In this document: in pieces, positions 1 through 13,007 of the stretch | Layout: the number at the start of each line of letters is the position of its first letter | Numbering within the stretch: the stretch's first letter is position 1 | Assembly (NCBI RefSeq): GCF_001194135.2 | Contig: NC_068982.1 | Span: forward strand, 43,185,251-43,232,112 | Direction: 5' to 3' | Length of the DNA: 46,862 bases | Source of the DNA: Octopus bimaculoides | Lineage: Eukaryota | The notes under the pieces: model-generated | Seen by the model: the letters and a program-made list of their open reading frames with translations, nothing else | Told to the model about the DNA's origin: nothing | Database searches by the model: none | Made by a program: the position numbers and the translations under genes

Positions 1-526
1 GTGAAACTCTCTCCTACCACTTTCACTCACCCTTTTTCCATTTCGAGGCCAACAACCTTTTCGTCATTGAAACTCCGATAGAATTTATTATTTTTACGTG
101 AGAAAGTATTATTGCTGAAATCTCGGTGGGCATTTTTTTTTTTTTTTTTGCCCCAGAATATATTACACACCCTTTCATCTTCTCCATGCCTACGCTATAG
201 TCTCTTCTCTCTTTCTTTGTTCCCACCTGTCTCTTTGTCTTTTTCTCACTATTTTTTTTTTCCTTTCTGCTTTCATTTCCCTACTTTCTGTCGTTTCAGT
301 TTTCTCTCCCCCACCCTTTCACTTTCCCTCACACACACACACACATACACACATACACCCATAAACACACACATATATTCTATGTATACACACATATATA
401 TACACACACCACCTCTCGTAATCGTTATCTCACTCCGAACAGCCTCTGTTCTCTCTATATTCTCTTCCCGCCTCTCCGTAGCCATCAATTCCTTTTAGCA
501 TATTTTCCTCTTCCTTCTCCATCACC

Positions 527-636
527 TCTTCTTCTTCTTCTTCTTCTTCTTCTTCTTCTTCTTCTTCTTCTTCTTCTTCTTCTTCTTCTTTTTCTTCTTC
601 TTCTTCTTCTCCTTCTTCTTCTTCTTCTTCTTCTTC
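527..636 (+). repeat. (CTT)n microsatellite
   Basis: Direct reading. Confidence 0.95.
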
Positions 637-967
637 CCCTCATCCTCCTTGCCCCTATTTATTTATTCATTTATTTATTTATTCATTTATTTATTCACAT
701 ACTTTTTTTTTGTTGTTGGACCTACAACGTATACTTTTTAAATGGTGCACACATACACCAACATCGCAGACAAGCACATACAAATGACATAAATATTTAT
801 ATCATAAACGAGACAATCACGCGCGCGCGCGCACACATGCACACACTCACACACATACACAAACACACATACAAAACCTGAGCACAAAACTCGTACACCG
901 ACACAATCACATACATACACACACACACACGCACACACACATACACACATGCACTACAAGAAACGAA

Positions 968-1169
968 AGTGCCTTTAACTGGCTACCTAACCTGCTAGAA
1001 ACAGCAGCCAAATATTCTTCAAATAAGAACTTATTTATCGTTTAATGAGTTCCTGAGCTGTATGCACATAGGAAAAAACGTGTTGGTCACGCTTGGAATG
1101 CCTTTGATCATAGCTCTGCTCACTCAGGATTTACCTGGGGCTAAATAGAACAACAACAACAACAACAAC
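968..1169 (+). repeat. Interspersed repeat family G (my label) with (CAA)n tail
   Basis: tgctagaaacagcagccaaat...ggtcacgcttggaatgcctttgatcatag...ctggggctaaatagaacaacaac. Related copies are listed below. Confidence 0.7.
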
Positions 1170-2199
1170 CAAAATGTATAGCATCAAAACATGAACAGAA
1201 AACACGTACAGTGACACACATACACCCACCTACCCACAAACATGCATCAACCAACACACACACAGACATACACATAGACACACACACAGACGCACACATA
1301 GACACACATACACAAACATGCACACACACAAACACAAACACGCAAATACACACTCATACGCAAATATTCACACACAAACACGCGCTCGCGCGCGCACACA
1401 CACACACACACACACANNNNNNNNNNNNNNNNNNNNNNNNNNNNNNNNNNNNNNNNNNNNNNNNNNNNNNNNNNNNNNNNNNNNNNNNNNNNNNNNNNNN
1501 NNNNNNNNNNNNNNNNNNNNNNNNNNNNNNNNNNNNNNNNNNNNNNNNNNNNNNNNNNNNNNNNNNNNNNNNNNNNNNNNNNNNNNNNNNNNNNNNNNNN
1601 NNNNNNNNNNNNNNNNNNNNNNNNNNNNNNNNNNNNNNNNNNNNNNNNNNNNNNNNNNNNNNNNNNNNNNNNNNNNNNNNNNNNNNNNNNNNNNNNNNNN
1701 NNNNNNNNNNNNNNNNNNNNNNNNNNNNNNNNNNNNNNNNNNNNNNNNNNNNNNNNNNNNNNNNNNNNNNNNNNNNNNNNNNNNNNNNNNNNNNNNNNNN
1801 NNNNNNNNNNNNNNNNNNNNNNNNNNNNNNNNNNNNNNNNNNNNNNNNNNNNNNNNNNNNNNNNNNNNNNNNNNNNNNNNNNNNNNNNNNNNNNNNNNNN
1901 NNNNNNNNNNNNNNNNNNNNNNNNNNNNNNNNNNNNNNNNNNNNNNNNNNNNNNNNNNNNNNNNNNNNNNNNNNNNNNNNNNNNNNNNNNNNNNNNNNNN
2001 NNNNNNNNNNNNNNNNNNNNNNNNNNNNNNNNNNNNNNNNNNNNNNNNNNNNNNNNNNNNNNNNNNNNNNNNNNNNNNNNCATGAAATGAAGAAAAACAA
2101 AACTGTGAAAGACTATGGTCGATGGTGTCAACTAAGACCTTCCCCTTTAGCAATTGTTCGCTTCGTGCCTAAATCAGAAGACATTATTAGGGCGGTGAA

Positions 2200-2392
2200 A
2201 GGCGGCGTGCTGGCAGAATCGCTAGCACGCCGGGTGAAATGCTTAGCGGTATTTCGTCTGCCGCTACGATCGGAGTTCAAATTCCGCCGAGGTTGACTGT
2301 GACTTTCGTCCTTTCGGGATCGATTAAATAAGTACCAGTTACGCACTGGGATCGATGTAATCGACTTGATCCCTTACCCCAAATTTGAGGCT
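2200..2392 (+). mobile_element. tRNA-derived SINE, family A (my label), near full length
   Basis: Head GGCGGCGTGCTGGCAGAATCGCTAGCACGCCGG (A-box-like), GAGTTCAAATTCC (B-box-like) and central TTTCGGGATCGATTAAATAAGTACCAG, shared with about 15 other copies in the window. Confidence 0.85.
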
Positions 2393-2401
2393 CGTTGCTG
2401 T

Positions 2402-2545
2402 CTGGGTTCAAATACTGCCGAGGTCAACTCTACCTTTCATTCTTTCGGAATCGATAAAATAAACTGCCAGTCAAGTACTGGAGCCGATCTAATCGACTGC
2501 ACCCTCCCCAACTGCTGGCCTTGTGCCATAATTTGAAGCAACTAT
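2402..2545 (+). mobile_element. SINE family A, 5'-truncated copy
   Basis: gttcaaatactgccgaggtcaactctacctttcattctttcggaatcgataaaat...ggccttgtgccataatttgaag. Confidence 0.8.
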
Positions 2546-3189
2546 CGTCTCCCTTGCTGATATTGTTAGTTGAGTCTTTGAAGTCATTCTCACTGTGTCA
2601 CTGCATTCGGCGAAGTCATCATTTGTCTTCTCTGCAATTGTAATCCTTGACTTCAACATTTGCAATTAATTCATTAATTCGTAGTTATCGTTTTTGTGCA
2701 AGGTAGTTCTTTTTTGCAAGGTTCTATAATCTTAAAACACACCATGTATTGTTTGAGTAAAATTCGGTTGCTATTTCTAGAAGCTAAAGAGACCGCTTGG
2801 AAGATCCTTCGTTGGTTCACTTTTCTTTGATATCTATATCGAGAGTTGGTGAAAGGTTCCTGGTTGAAGCATTATACTTCAGTTGATCCTAATCATTGCA
2901 GCAATCAATTATATCGTTTTCAATGGCACCGTGTCATTGCCTTCTCTGTTCAGTATCCCTTACGCTTCATTCATTTCTTGGTTATTCGAATAATCGAAAA
3001 GACTGTCATTCATTTTCCTTGATCAATACCGACATGTTTTTCTGTCCTTTCATTAAATTATATAATACATTTAATTGGAAGACAAAACCAAATTTTTGTT
3101 GAAGTTAATTACGACACTGGATTCGTTTGAATGTTCTAATTGTTTTCAAGCGGTCATTGTGTTCATCTGCTATTATTATTTTGTTTTCA

Positions 3190-3515
3190 TGTGCTTCAGT
3201 CATTGAACTGCGGACATGCTGGAGCACTGCATTGTAGGCTTAAGTTTGGTACATATTTTATTTAACTCTTTGCCGAACCGCTAGATCACTGTGACGTAAA
3301 CAAGCCATTACCGGTTGACCAACATAAACACAAAAATACACATACATCAACACACACACGCACACACACACACACACACACATCACAGATACACTCACAC
3401 ACACACATGCACACACTCACGCACTCACACAAGCATGCACGCACACAAGCACACACACCACATACGTATATATGCGATGGGCTTCTATACAGTTTCCGTC
3501 TAACAATTATGGAAT
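3190..3515 (-). mobile_element. SINE family D, 3' part with expanded (CA)-type core
   Basis: ttcagtcattgaactgcggacatgctggagcactgc...ttgccgaaccgctag...gacgtaaac...(CA-rich)...gcgatgggcttctatacagtttccgtcta. Confidence 0.7.
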
Positions 3516-5232
3516 CGATTTTTGTTTTTGTGTAGATTCATAAAAAAAATTTAAGGTGTTTTACTATTTCAGCTTTTCTGCCGTTTTCTATTGCTCTAAC
3601 TTTGTTTTATAATTTCCTGGAGAAAGTCTTGTTAATCTATGTCAAACTTTTCGAAATCCCAAAAAATTCGCTTGGAGACCCATTTTCATTTATATCGAAG
3701 TATTTATTTCTTCTAATCTACATGCACACAGCTATGTAATCATATTACTTCATGATTATAGTGAGCGTTTTATATCTGCTCAGTTTTGGTATAAACATTA
3801 GAGACGCCATTTTCATTGTCTGTTCATGTACTTATATTACTCTTGGTAATAGACTGATTACTATTAGACTGATTACCTTTAATAGTTTTGCTATTTTTCA
3901 TTACGAAATTTGGACTTAAAAACCTTGGATTTATCAAGACATTTTTTTATAATTAGCAACAACAACGATAACAAACAAAATATTGTAGTACTAATTAGAG
4001 GTCTAAAAATTTAAACTTCAAATGGATAACGTTTGACGAGACACAAGGAACGAAATATGCATTCAACAACACTAACCAGTTTCCAATTTGAACATGAAAT
4101 CTTATTTAACGTGTACAAATTTCTGTATACACAAAATACAATCTGATAATTACCCCGGGCAATTAACCTAATGACCGGCCTTACTTTACAGCCGTTCAGA
4201 CGTGGAAGCTTATGGGAAAGTTTATATATATATACATACATACATATNNNNNNNNNNNNNNNNNNNNNNNNNNNNNNNNNNNNNNNNNNNNNNNNNNNNN
4301 NNNNNNNNNNNNNNNNNNNNNNNNNNNNNNNNNNNNNNNNNNNNNNNNNNNNNNNNNNNNNNNNNNNNNNNNNNNNNNNNNNNNNNNNNNNNNNNNNNNN
4401 NNNNNNNNNNNNNNNNNNNNNNNNNNNNNNNNNNNNNNNNNNNNNNNNNNNNNNNNNNNNNNNNNNNNNNNNNNNNNNNNNNNNNNNNNNNNNNNNNNNN
4501 NNNNNNNNNNNNNNNNNNNNNNNNNNNNNNNNNNNNNNNNNNNNNNNNNNNNNNNNNNNNNNNNNNNNNNNNNNNNNNNNNNNNNNNNNNNNNNNNNNNN
4601 NNNNNNNNNNNNNNNNNNNNNNNNNNNNNNNNNNNNNNNNNNNNNNNNNNNNNNNNNNNNNNNNNNNNNNNNNNNNNNNNNNNNNNNNNNNNNNNNNNNN
4701 NNNNNNNNNNNNNNNNNNNNNNNNNNNNNNNNNNNNNNNNNNNNNNNNNNNNNNNNNNNNNNNNNNNNNNNNNNNNNNNNNNNNNNNNNNNNNNNNNNNN
4801 NNNNNNNNNNNNNNNNNNNNNNNNNNNNNNNNNNNNNNNNNNNNNNNNNNNNNNNNNNNNNNNNNNNNNNNNNNNNNNNNNNNNNNNNNTATATATATAT
4901 GTATACACAGAAGGTGTAGATGTATGCTACATCTTTTTCCAGGGAACACAAATTTACTTCTCTTATACGCTGATGAGCAATAAATAAACATAAACACCAT
5001 AGCGTACATACTCAAATCCCCTCTTACAAACGTAAATGGACCTGTAAATAAGAACGACCATGCACGCACGTGCAAATCAGCGCGTGCGTAGTTGTGTCTG
5101 CATGAATATGAATATGTACCTGAGTGTTTGTAGGTATATCCGTTCAGACACAAATATACACATATACATACACATACATATGTGTGTGTGTATATACATA
5201 CATACATATGCCTGTGCATATATCTATCAATC

Positions 5233-5286
<54 letters not shown>

Positions 5287-6068
5287 AGAGAGAGTTAACT
5301 ATAATTTGGAAAAGATAACGAACGGGCGTTCATTATACCGTTTGCTTACTATTATTTACATATTCTTAGATACACAACACATACGTATTAAATANNNNNN
5401 NNNNNNNNNNNNNNNNNNNNNNNNNNNNNNNNNNNNNNNNNNNNNNNNNNNNNNNNNNNNNNNNNNNNNNNNNNNNNNNNNNNNNNNNNNNNNNNNNNNN
5501 NNNNNNNNNNNNNNNNNNNNNNNNNNNNNNNNNNNNNNNNNNNNNNNNNNNNNNNNNNNNNNNNNNNNNNNNNNNNNNNNNNNNNNNNNNNNNNNNNNNN
5601 NNNNNNNNNNNNNNNNNNNNNNNNNNNNNNNNNNNNNNNNNNNNNNNNNNNNNNNNNNNNNNNNNNNNNNNNNNNNNNNNNNNNNNNNNNNNNNNNNNNN
5701 NNNNNNNNNNNNNNNNNNNNNNNNNNNNNNNNNNNNNNNNNNNNNNNNNNNNNNNNNNNNNNNNNNNNNNNNNNNNNNNNNNNNNNNNNNNNNNNNNNNN
5801 NNNNNNNNNNNNNNNNNNNNNNNNNNNNNNNNNNNNNNNNNNNNNNNNNNNNNNNNNNNNNNNNNNNNNNNNNNNNNNNNNNNNNNNNNNNNNNNNNNNN
5901 NNNNNNNNNNNNNNNNNNNNNNNNNNNNNNNNNNNNNNNNNNNNNNNNNNNNNNNNNNNNNNNNNNNNNNNNNNNNNNNNNNNNNNNNNNNNNNNNNNNN
6001 NNNNNNNNNNNNNNNNNNNNNNNNNNNNNNNNNNNNNNNNNNNNNNNNNNNNNNNNNNNNNNNNNNNN

Positions 6069-6104
<36 letters not shown>

Positions 6105-6493
6105 GCGCGCGCGCGTGCTATCCAGGTTTTCTTATAGAATCTCAAATTCACTCTGTCCTCGTTCATTTACTGACCGACTTTTCATATAAAACCACCGTGG
6201 CTATTGTTGATAAATCTTAAAGGGACCGCGTATGAATAGAACATATACGTATGCACTGGTGCATTACGGTGTTTTAATTAATGTGCTCATAGGTGTGTGT
6301 TTTTTCCTCTGTGTGTACGTGTAGATATGTCTATTTATATTTGCAAAAAACATATGTATGTGTGTATGTATGAATATATATATGTGTGCGCATATACATA
6401 TATACATACATACATACATACATACACATATATATATATATATATACATAGATAAGTGTATGTCTGTATACTCATGCCTTTATTGGCATATAT

Positions 6494-6556
<63 letters not shown>

Positions 6557-6826
6557 TAACTGTCGAACGCAGGGAATGAAGTCGGTCTGTTAGTAGGTAT
6601 AACCAGTTTACACCACCCTTCGGCCTGTAATAATAAATTAGACGAAGGCGAACCTCTAGAAATATGAATTTATCCTACAGATCGCAATAATATTGGTTAC
6701 CTAAAATGGGTAATTGCTAAAATACTGGAATTACCCCATTAACTTTTATGAATATTAATAAATTTCATTAACTATTCTTTACCGCATAACCCTGTATTGA
6801 CGTTCGAAATAGTCCTTTCTGACCTC

Positions 6827-6939
6827 GGCACAACAAGGCTTCAAAATTTGTGGAAGAGATTAGGCGATTACAATGACCCCCAGTGCTCAACTGGTACTTA
6901 TTTTATCGACCCTGAAAAGTTGAAAGGCAAGTCGACCTC
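6827..6939 (-). mobile_element. SINE family A, partial
   Basis: ctggtacttattttatcgaccctgaaaagttgaaaggcaagtcgacctc is the reverse complement of the family core. Confidence 0.8.
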
Positions 6940-7065
6940 TTTGGCTTTCTTTCCCTTTCCTGGCCGATGAAATTTGCACCGGTTACCTACTGATCGATGA
7001 AATACGTACCATTTACAGACTGGTATCGATTATCCTCTTTTCCCAAAATTTCAGGTCTTGTGCCA

Positions 7066-7109
<44 letters not shown>

Positions 7110-7114
7110 CATTG

Positions 7115-7332
7115 AGGCGGTGAGCTGGCAGAATCGTTAGCACACCGGACGAAATCCTTAAGGGTATTTCGTCTGTCGCTACATTCTAAGTTCAAGTTTC
7201 GTCGAGGTCGACTTTGCCTTTCATCCTTTCGGGATCGATAAATTAAGTGCTGGTGAAACACCGTTGGTCTTTGTAATCGACTTATCCCCTCCTCCAAAAT
7301 GGCTGCCCTTGTGACAAAATTTGAAACCATTA
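7115..7332 (+). mobile_element. SINE family A, full length with (ATT)n tail
   Basis: aggcggtgagctggcagaatcgttagcac...gtcgactttgcctttcatcctttcgggatcgataaattaag...gtgacaaaatttgaaaccattattatt. Confidence 0.88.
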
Positions 7333-7530
7333 TTATTATCATTATTATTATTATTATAATTATTATTATTATTATTATTATAATTATTTTTATTGTTTTA
7401 TGTTTGACTTTTGCTTTGCATTTGTGCAAGTTGGATCCAAGTCTCACCCAGAGACCTCAAGAAACAACAAGTTAGAAGTTCATGTAGGTGTTATGCCTAG
7501 GGTACCATATATTTCGATTTGTACATAGTG

Positions 7531-7858
<328 letters not shown>

Positions 7859-9199
7859 NNNNNNNNNNNNNNNNNNNNNNNNNNNNNNNNNNNNNNNNNN
7901 NNNNNNNNNNNNNNNNNNNNNNNNNNNNNNNNNNNNNNNNNNNNNNNNNNNNNNNNNNNNNNNNNNNNNNNNNNNNNNNNNNNNNNNNNNNNNNNNNNNN
8001 NNNNNNNNNNNNNNNNNNNNNNNNNNNNNNNNNNNNNNNNNNNNNNNNNNNNNNNNNNNNNNNNNNNNNNNNNNNNNNNNNNNNNNNNNNNNNNNNNNNN
8101 NNNNNNNNNNNNNNNNNNNNNNNNNNNNNNNNNNNNNNNNNNNNNNNNNNNNNNNNNNNNNNNNNNNNNNNNNNNNNNNNNNNNNNNNNNNNNNNNNNNN
8201 NNNNNNNNNNNNNNNNNNNNNNNNNNNNNNNNNNNNNNNNNNNNNNNNNNNNNNNNNNNNNNNNNNNNNNNNNNNNNNNNNNNNNNNNNNNNNNNNNNNN
8301 NNNNNNNNNNNNNNNNNNNNNNNNNNNNNNNNNNNNNNNNNNNNNNNNNNNNNNNNNNNNNNNNNNNNNNNNNNNNNNNNNNNNNNNNNNNNNNNNNNNN
8401 NNNNNNNNNNNNNNNNNNNNNNNNNNNNNNNNNNNNNTATATATATATATATATACATACAAATATATACCGTACATGCATACACACACACACATGTGTG
8501 TGTCCACCTTTCTCTCTCTCCCTCTCTCTCTTTCTCTCCTCTCTCTCTCTCTCTCTCTCTCACTCTCTCTCTCTCTCCCTATGCTCTTTTACTAGTTTCG
8601 GCCCGAGAGCTGCGGTTATGCAGGGGCTGAATATATATATAATATACATATATATATATATATACATACATACATACATACATACATACATACATACATA
8701 CATACATACATACATGCACGTATAATTACTAACAACAGGTGGAGATTTATCTTACAACGGGCTCGCATCCCGTCCAGGGAAGTGTGCATTACACTCAACC
8801 ATTTTTTTATGTATGTACCCCTTTGATTACTAATTTATTCTGGTGGACTCCTATTGCCATTCAATGTTAAAAGAAAAAGAAAATTATAAAGTTTTATAGA
8901 CACCTTCTTCAAAATTCCAATTTTGGTTTCCACTCATTAACTTGAATAGGTCCACCTGTTTGAGAAAGAAACCTAGCTGTTTCTTGCAATACATACCAAT
9001 ACACAACTCTAAAGCATAGTTTTTTGAGGAGTCCTTAAAATATTATTGTGGATCCCCAATTTATTATTTTGTTACGTGTCTCTCCACCCAATCATATATG
9101 GGGCTCTCGGGTGCCATATGGAGAACCACTGAAATAGGCAAATACCTCGGAAAGTGCAATGAACTTGTGGACTCGTATTAATAATTGATTGTTATCTTT

Positions 9200-9318
9200 A
9201 GTCACTTCAGGGTCGATAAAATAAAGTACTGATCAAGCAGCGCTGACGCGACGATGTAAAGGACTAGCCCCCAACTCTCTTACATTCCAGGGTTTGTGCC
9301 AATTTGAAATGTAATTAT
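9200..9318 (+). mobile_element. SINE family A, degenerate 3' part
   Basis: cagggtcgataaaataaagtactg...gggtttgtgccaatttgaaatgtaattat. Confidence 0.55.
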
Positions 9319-9527
9319 AGAAACTAAGAACTAAAGACTAAGGATTTCGCATAAACATTTTAAATATATCCCTTTATATATCTATATCTATCTGTTTATC
9401 TATCAGTCTGTCTGTCTGTCTACCTGCCTATATGTATGTATGCAGGGATGGATGGATGGATGGATGAATGAATGTGTAAATATGTATACATATATATGTA
9501 TATATATGTTTATTGTATATGCATGTG

Positions 9528-9572
<45 letters not shown>

Positions 9573-10118
9573 ATGTATGTAAATATATATATANNNNNNN
9601 NNNNNNNNNNNNNNNNNNNNNNNNNNNNNNNNNNNNNNNNNNNNNNNNNNNNNNNNNNNNNNNNNNNNNNNNNNNNNNNNNNNNNNNNNNNNNNNNNNNN
9701 NNNNNNNNNNNNNNNNNNNNNNNNNNNNNNNNNNNNNNNNNNNNNNNNNNNNNNNNNNNNNNNNNNNNNNNNNNNNNNNNNNNNNNNNNNNNNNNNNNNN
9801 NNNNNNNNNNNNNNNNNNNNNNNNNNNNNNNNNNNNNNNNNNNNNNNNNNNNNNNNNNNNNNNNNNNNNNNNNNNNNNNNNNNNNNNNNNNNNNNNNNNN
9901 NNNNNNNNNNNNNNNNNNNNNNNNTATATGTACGTATGTATGTATGTATGTATATATATATATACATACATATACATACATATATACATAAATACATATA
10001 TATACATACGAATATGCATTTATATCCTTAACAGAGTGTAATGAGCAACATAACTAAACATTATTCCAATGTAAATCTTTACGTTTCCAGATAATGCAAG
10101 CAATTAAAATATCGGATA

Positions 10119-10197
<79 letters not shown>
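10119..10197 (+). repeat. (TAG)n microsatellite
   Basis: Direct reading. Confidence 0.95.
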
Positions 10198-10198
<1 letters not shown>

Positions 10199-10569
10199 TT
10201 GGTCGTGGTGATAAGGCTACAGGCTGTCCCCTGTCCTCTTCACTGTGGAGTCCGGTAATAGTTTAATTACGACATAAATTGCTCCATGCAGCAGACAGCT
10301 GTAAACAAACGTCTTACATTAGCCTTCGTACACCTGAAGGAAGGTTATGTATGGGAGACAGAATAGCAGTTTTGGATTATTAAGCGTAGCACATAGACGC
10401 GCGCACTCACACACACACACACACACACACAAATACACACCAACACACAGCAACACACATACACCAACACACACAAACACACACATACTCACACACACGC
10501 TCACTCTCATAAACATTTACATACATCTATAGGTTCCCATACATTGCATGCATAAATATTCATACACCT

Positions 10570-10671
10570 GTCTATCTATCTATCTATCTATCTACCTATC
10601 TATCTATCCATTTATCTATCTATCTATCTATCTATCTACCTATCTACCTATCTATCTATCTATCCATTTAC

Positions 10672-10715
<44 letters not shown>

Positions 10716-10726
10716 ATGTCTGTCTG

Positions 10727-10765
<39 letters not shown>

Positions 10766-10882
10766 CTCTTCATATATATATATATACATATGTATATATG
10801 TATATATATGTGTATATATATCTATATATATATCTATATATATATGTATATATATATATATATATGTATATATCTATCTATC

Positions 10883-10949
<67 letters not shown>

Positions 10950-11004
10950 TTATATATATACATATATATATGCATACATATATATATGTATATATATATA
11001 TATA
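10570..11004 (+). repeat. Compound microsatellite (ATCT)n-(AT)n-(GT)n
   Basis: Direct reading. Confidence 0.92.
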
Positions 11005-11535
11005 NNNNNNNNNNNNNNNNNNNNNNNNNNNNNNNNNNNNNNNNNNNNNNNNNNNNNNNNNNNNNNNNNNNNNNNNNNNNNNNNNNNNNNNNNNNNNNNN
11101 NNNNNNNNNNNNNNNNNNNNNNNNNNNNNNNNNNNNNNNNNNNNNNNNNNNNNNNNNNNNNNNNNNNNNNNNNNNNNNNNNNNNNNNNNNNNNNNNNNNN
11201 NNNNNNNNNNNNNNNNNNNNNNNNNNNNNNNNNNNNNNNNNNNNNNNNNNNNNNNNNNNNNNNNNNNNNNNNNNNNNNNNNNNNNNNNNNNNNNNNNNNN
11301 NNNNNNNNNNNNNNNNNNNNNNNNNNNNNNNNNNNNNNNNNNNNNNNNNNNNNNNNNNNNNNNNNNNNNNNNNNNNNNNNNNNNNNNNNNNNNNNNNNNN
11401 NNNNNNNNNNNNNNNNNNNNNNNNNNNNNNNNNNNNNNNNNNNNNNNNNNNNNNNNNNNNNNNNNNNNNNNNNNNNNNNNNNNNNNNNNNNNNNNNNNNN
11501 NNNNNNNNATGCTAGATCGTGGCCGGGGTGAAGGA

Positions 11536-11616
11536 GTAAATTGGAAATGTAAATTGGAAATGTAAATTGGAAATGTAAATTGGAAATGTAATTTGGAAAT
11601 GTAAATTGGAAATGTA
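11536..11616 (+). repeat. Minisatellite, 13-bp unit GTAAATTGGAAAT x6
   Basis: Six units, one with an A>T change (11588-11600). Confidence 0.92.
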
Positions 11617-11833
11617 TATATATTTGTAAAAGGCCTTTGCTGCTTGTATGAGGTAGTTCCAGAATCCGCCCCCATCGTTGCTACATCTTTATAGTAGGCA
11701 GAGCTAATATGATTGCTGTAGATATTACCAGCTATATTTGAATTTTGACCGTTAGATTTATCTGTTAACAATCAGGTGGTTATTTTTGTTTGCCATTAGT
11801 TTATGCTGTCTGTCTTCATGTGTGTATATACAT

Positions 11834-11906
<73 letters not shown>

Positions 11907-11939
11907 TTATGTATTTTTAATAAATATAGTGCTTGAAGC

Positions 11940-12740
11940 GTTTGTTTTGTTGTATTTGTTCTATCCTGGTTCATTAGTTTGTCAGAATAACAGTTGTCGA
12001 TTAGTGTTCGTTTTATTCTGAGTATTTCTTTTATTGCGTGCATCACAATGAACATTCGTCATTTCTGTGTATGTAAATGCATTTATTTGCGCCTTTGATG
12101 GAAATCGATCTGATGTATTTATGTTTTCTACCTGAATCACTGCAAGGAGTTTTATCTCTACTGCGTCAAAGGTTAAATTTTAGTTCGGAGTTATTTCCTT
12201 GGCCTTTTTTTAAAATCCTGTTAGTCTTTTGGTCTGTACTTTACAACGAATTCATCGTCCACGAAACTGATGTGTATCGCATGTTCATGCCTTGGTACCA
12301 CTTTCTATTGTGTCCAATAGAAAGCTGCGAACATGGATCCTAAGGGAGAGTCTATGGCTATTCCATCTATTTGCTTACATAATTTATCTGGCAAACATCA
12401 AAAGGATACTTCTGTTGTACAGAACACTAATAATTTCTTCAGCATGTTTGCTGGCACCATGTGTGGTTTTATTTTTAAGTGTCTGCATACATTATTTAAT
12501 ATGGTTCCCAATGTTTGCACCACTGTCTACTTTTGCGAGGTGGTTGCTTCATTAATTTCTTCGAAGTTCTCTAGCACTTCTTCGGATAACCGCATTATGT
12601 TTCTCGCCGGGGTAAAGTGTTTGATATATGATACACTTGTCAAGTACTGTACAGCTCAAAGTGGACTCGTGCTGAATGGAGTATTTTGCTCAGTTTTCAT
12701 GCCGTTAGTGAAATCATCCAAATTTCTCAAATGTTGTTAA
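11940..12740 (-). mobile_element. Penelope-like retroelement reverse transcriptase remnant
   Basis: Minus strand reads MLKKLLVFCTTEVSF*CLPDKLCKQIDGIAIDSPLGSMFAAFY (cf. PLE motif YKQIDGVAMGSPLGPxLAN). Downstream are ISFVDDEFVV (cf. RYVDD) and NSELKFNL (cf. HPNIKFT). Stops and frameshifts are present. Confidence 0.78.
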
Positions 12741-12817
12741 GAGGACAAGAAGGAATTGTGTTATATTATCTCATTCCTACCATCTGAAGACAATATGTGA
12801 TACCAGTTTATTTGCGG

Positions 12818-13007
12818 GCTTAGCTTCATTTCGCCTGTCCTTGCGTTTTCAGTTCAAATTCCGCAGATGTCAACTTTGCCTGTCATTGTTTCGGGATCGA
12901 TAAAATAAGTACCAGTTGAATACTGGAATCGAGGTATTCAACAGACCTACTCCTCAACATTTCAGGCCTTGTGTCCATAGTAGAAACGATTATCATTATT
13001 ATTATTA
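12818..13007 (+). mobile_element. SINE family A, diverged copy
   Basis: agttcaaattccgcagatgtcaactttgcc...tttcgggatcgataaaataagtaccagttg...ttcaggccttgtgtccatagtagaaacgattatcattatt. Confidence 0.8.

Noticed and set aside
1-6. Window begins with GTGAAA, possibly the intron 1 donor
   Set aside because: It is a weak donor consensus and the upstream exon sequence is not visible, so it cannot be supported.
11536-11616. Short regular repeats as a CRISPR-like array
   Set aside because: There are no spacers, the context is eukaryotic and no cas genes are present. They are simple tandem repeats.
12077-12740. Three overlapping + strand ORFs of 87-135 aa
   Set aside because: They are the antisense shadow of the Penelope-like RT remnant on the minus strand, with no recognisable domain.
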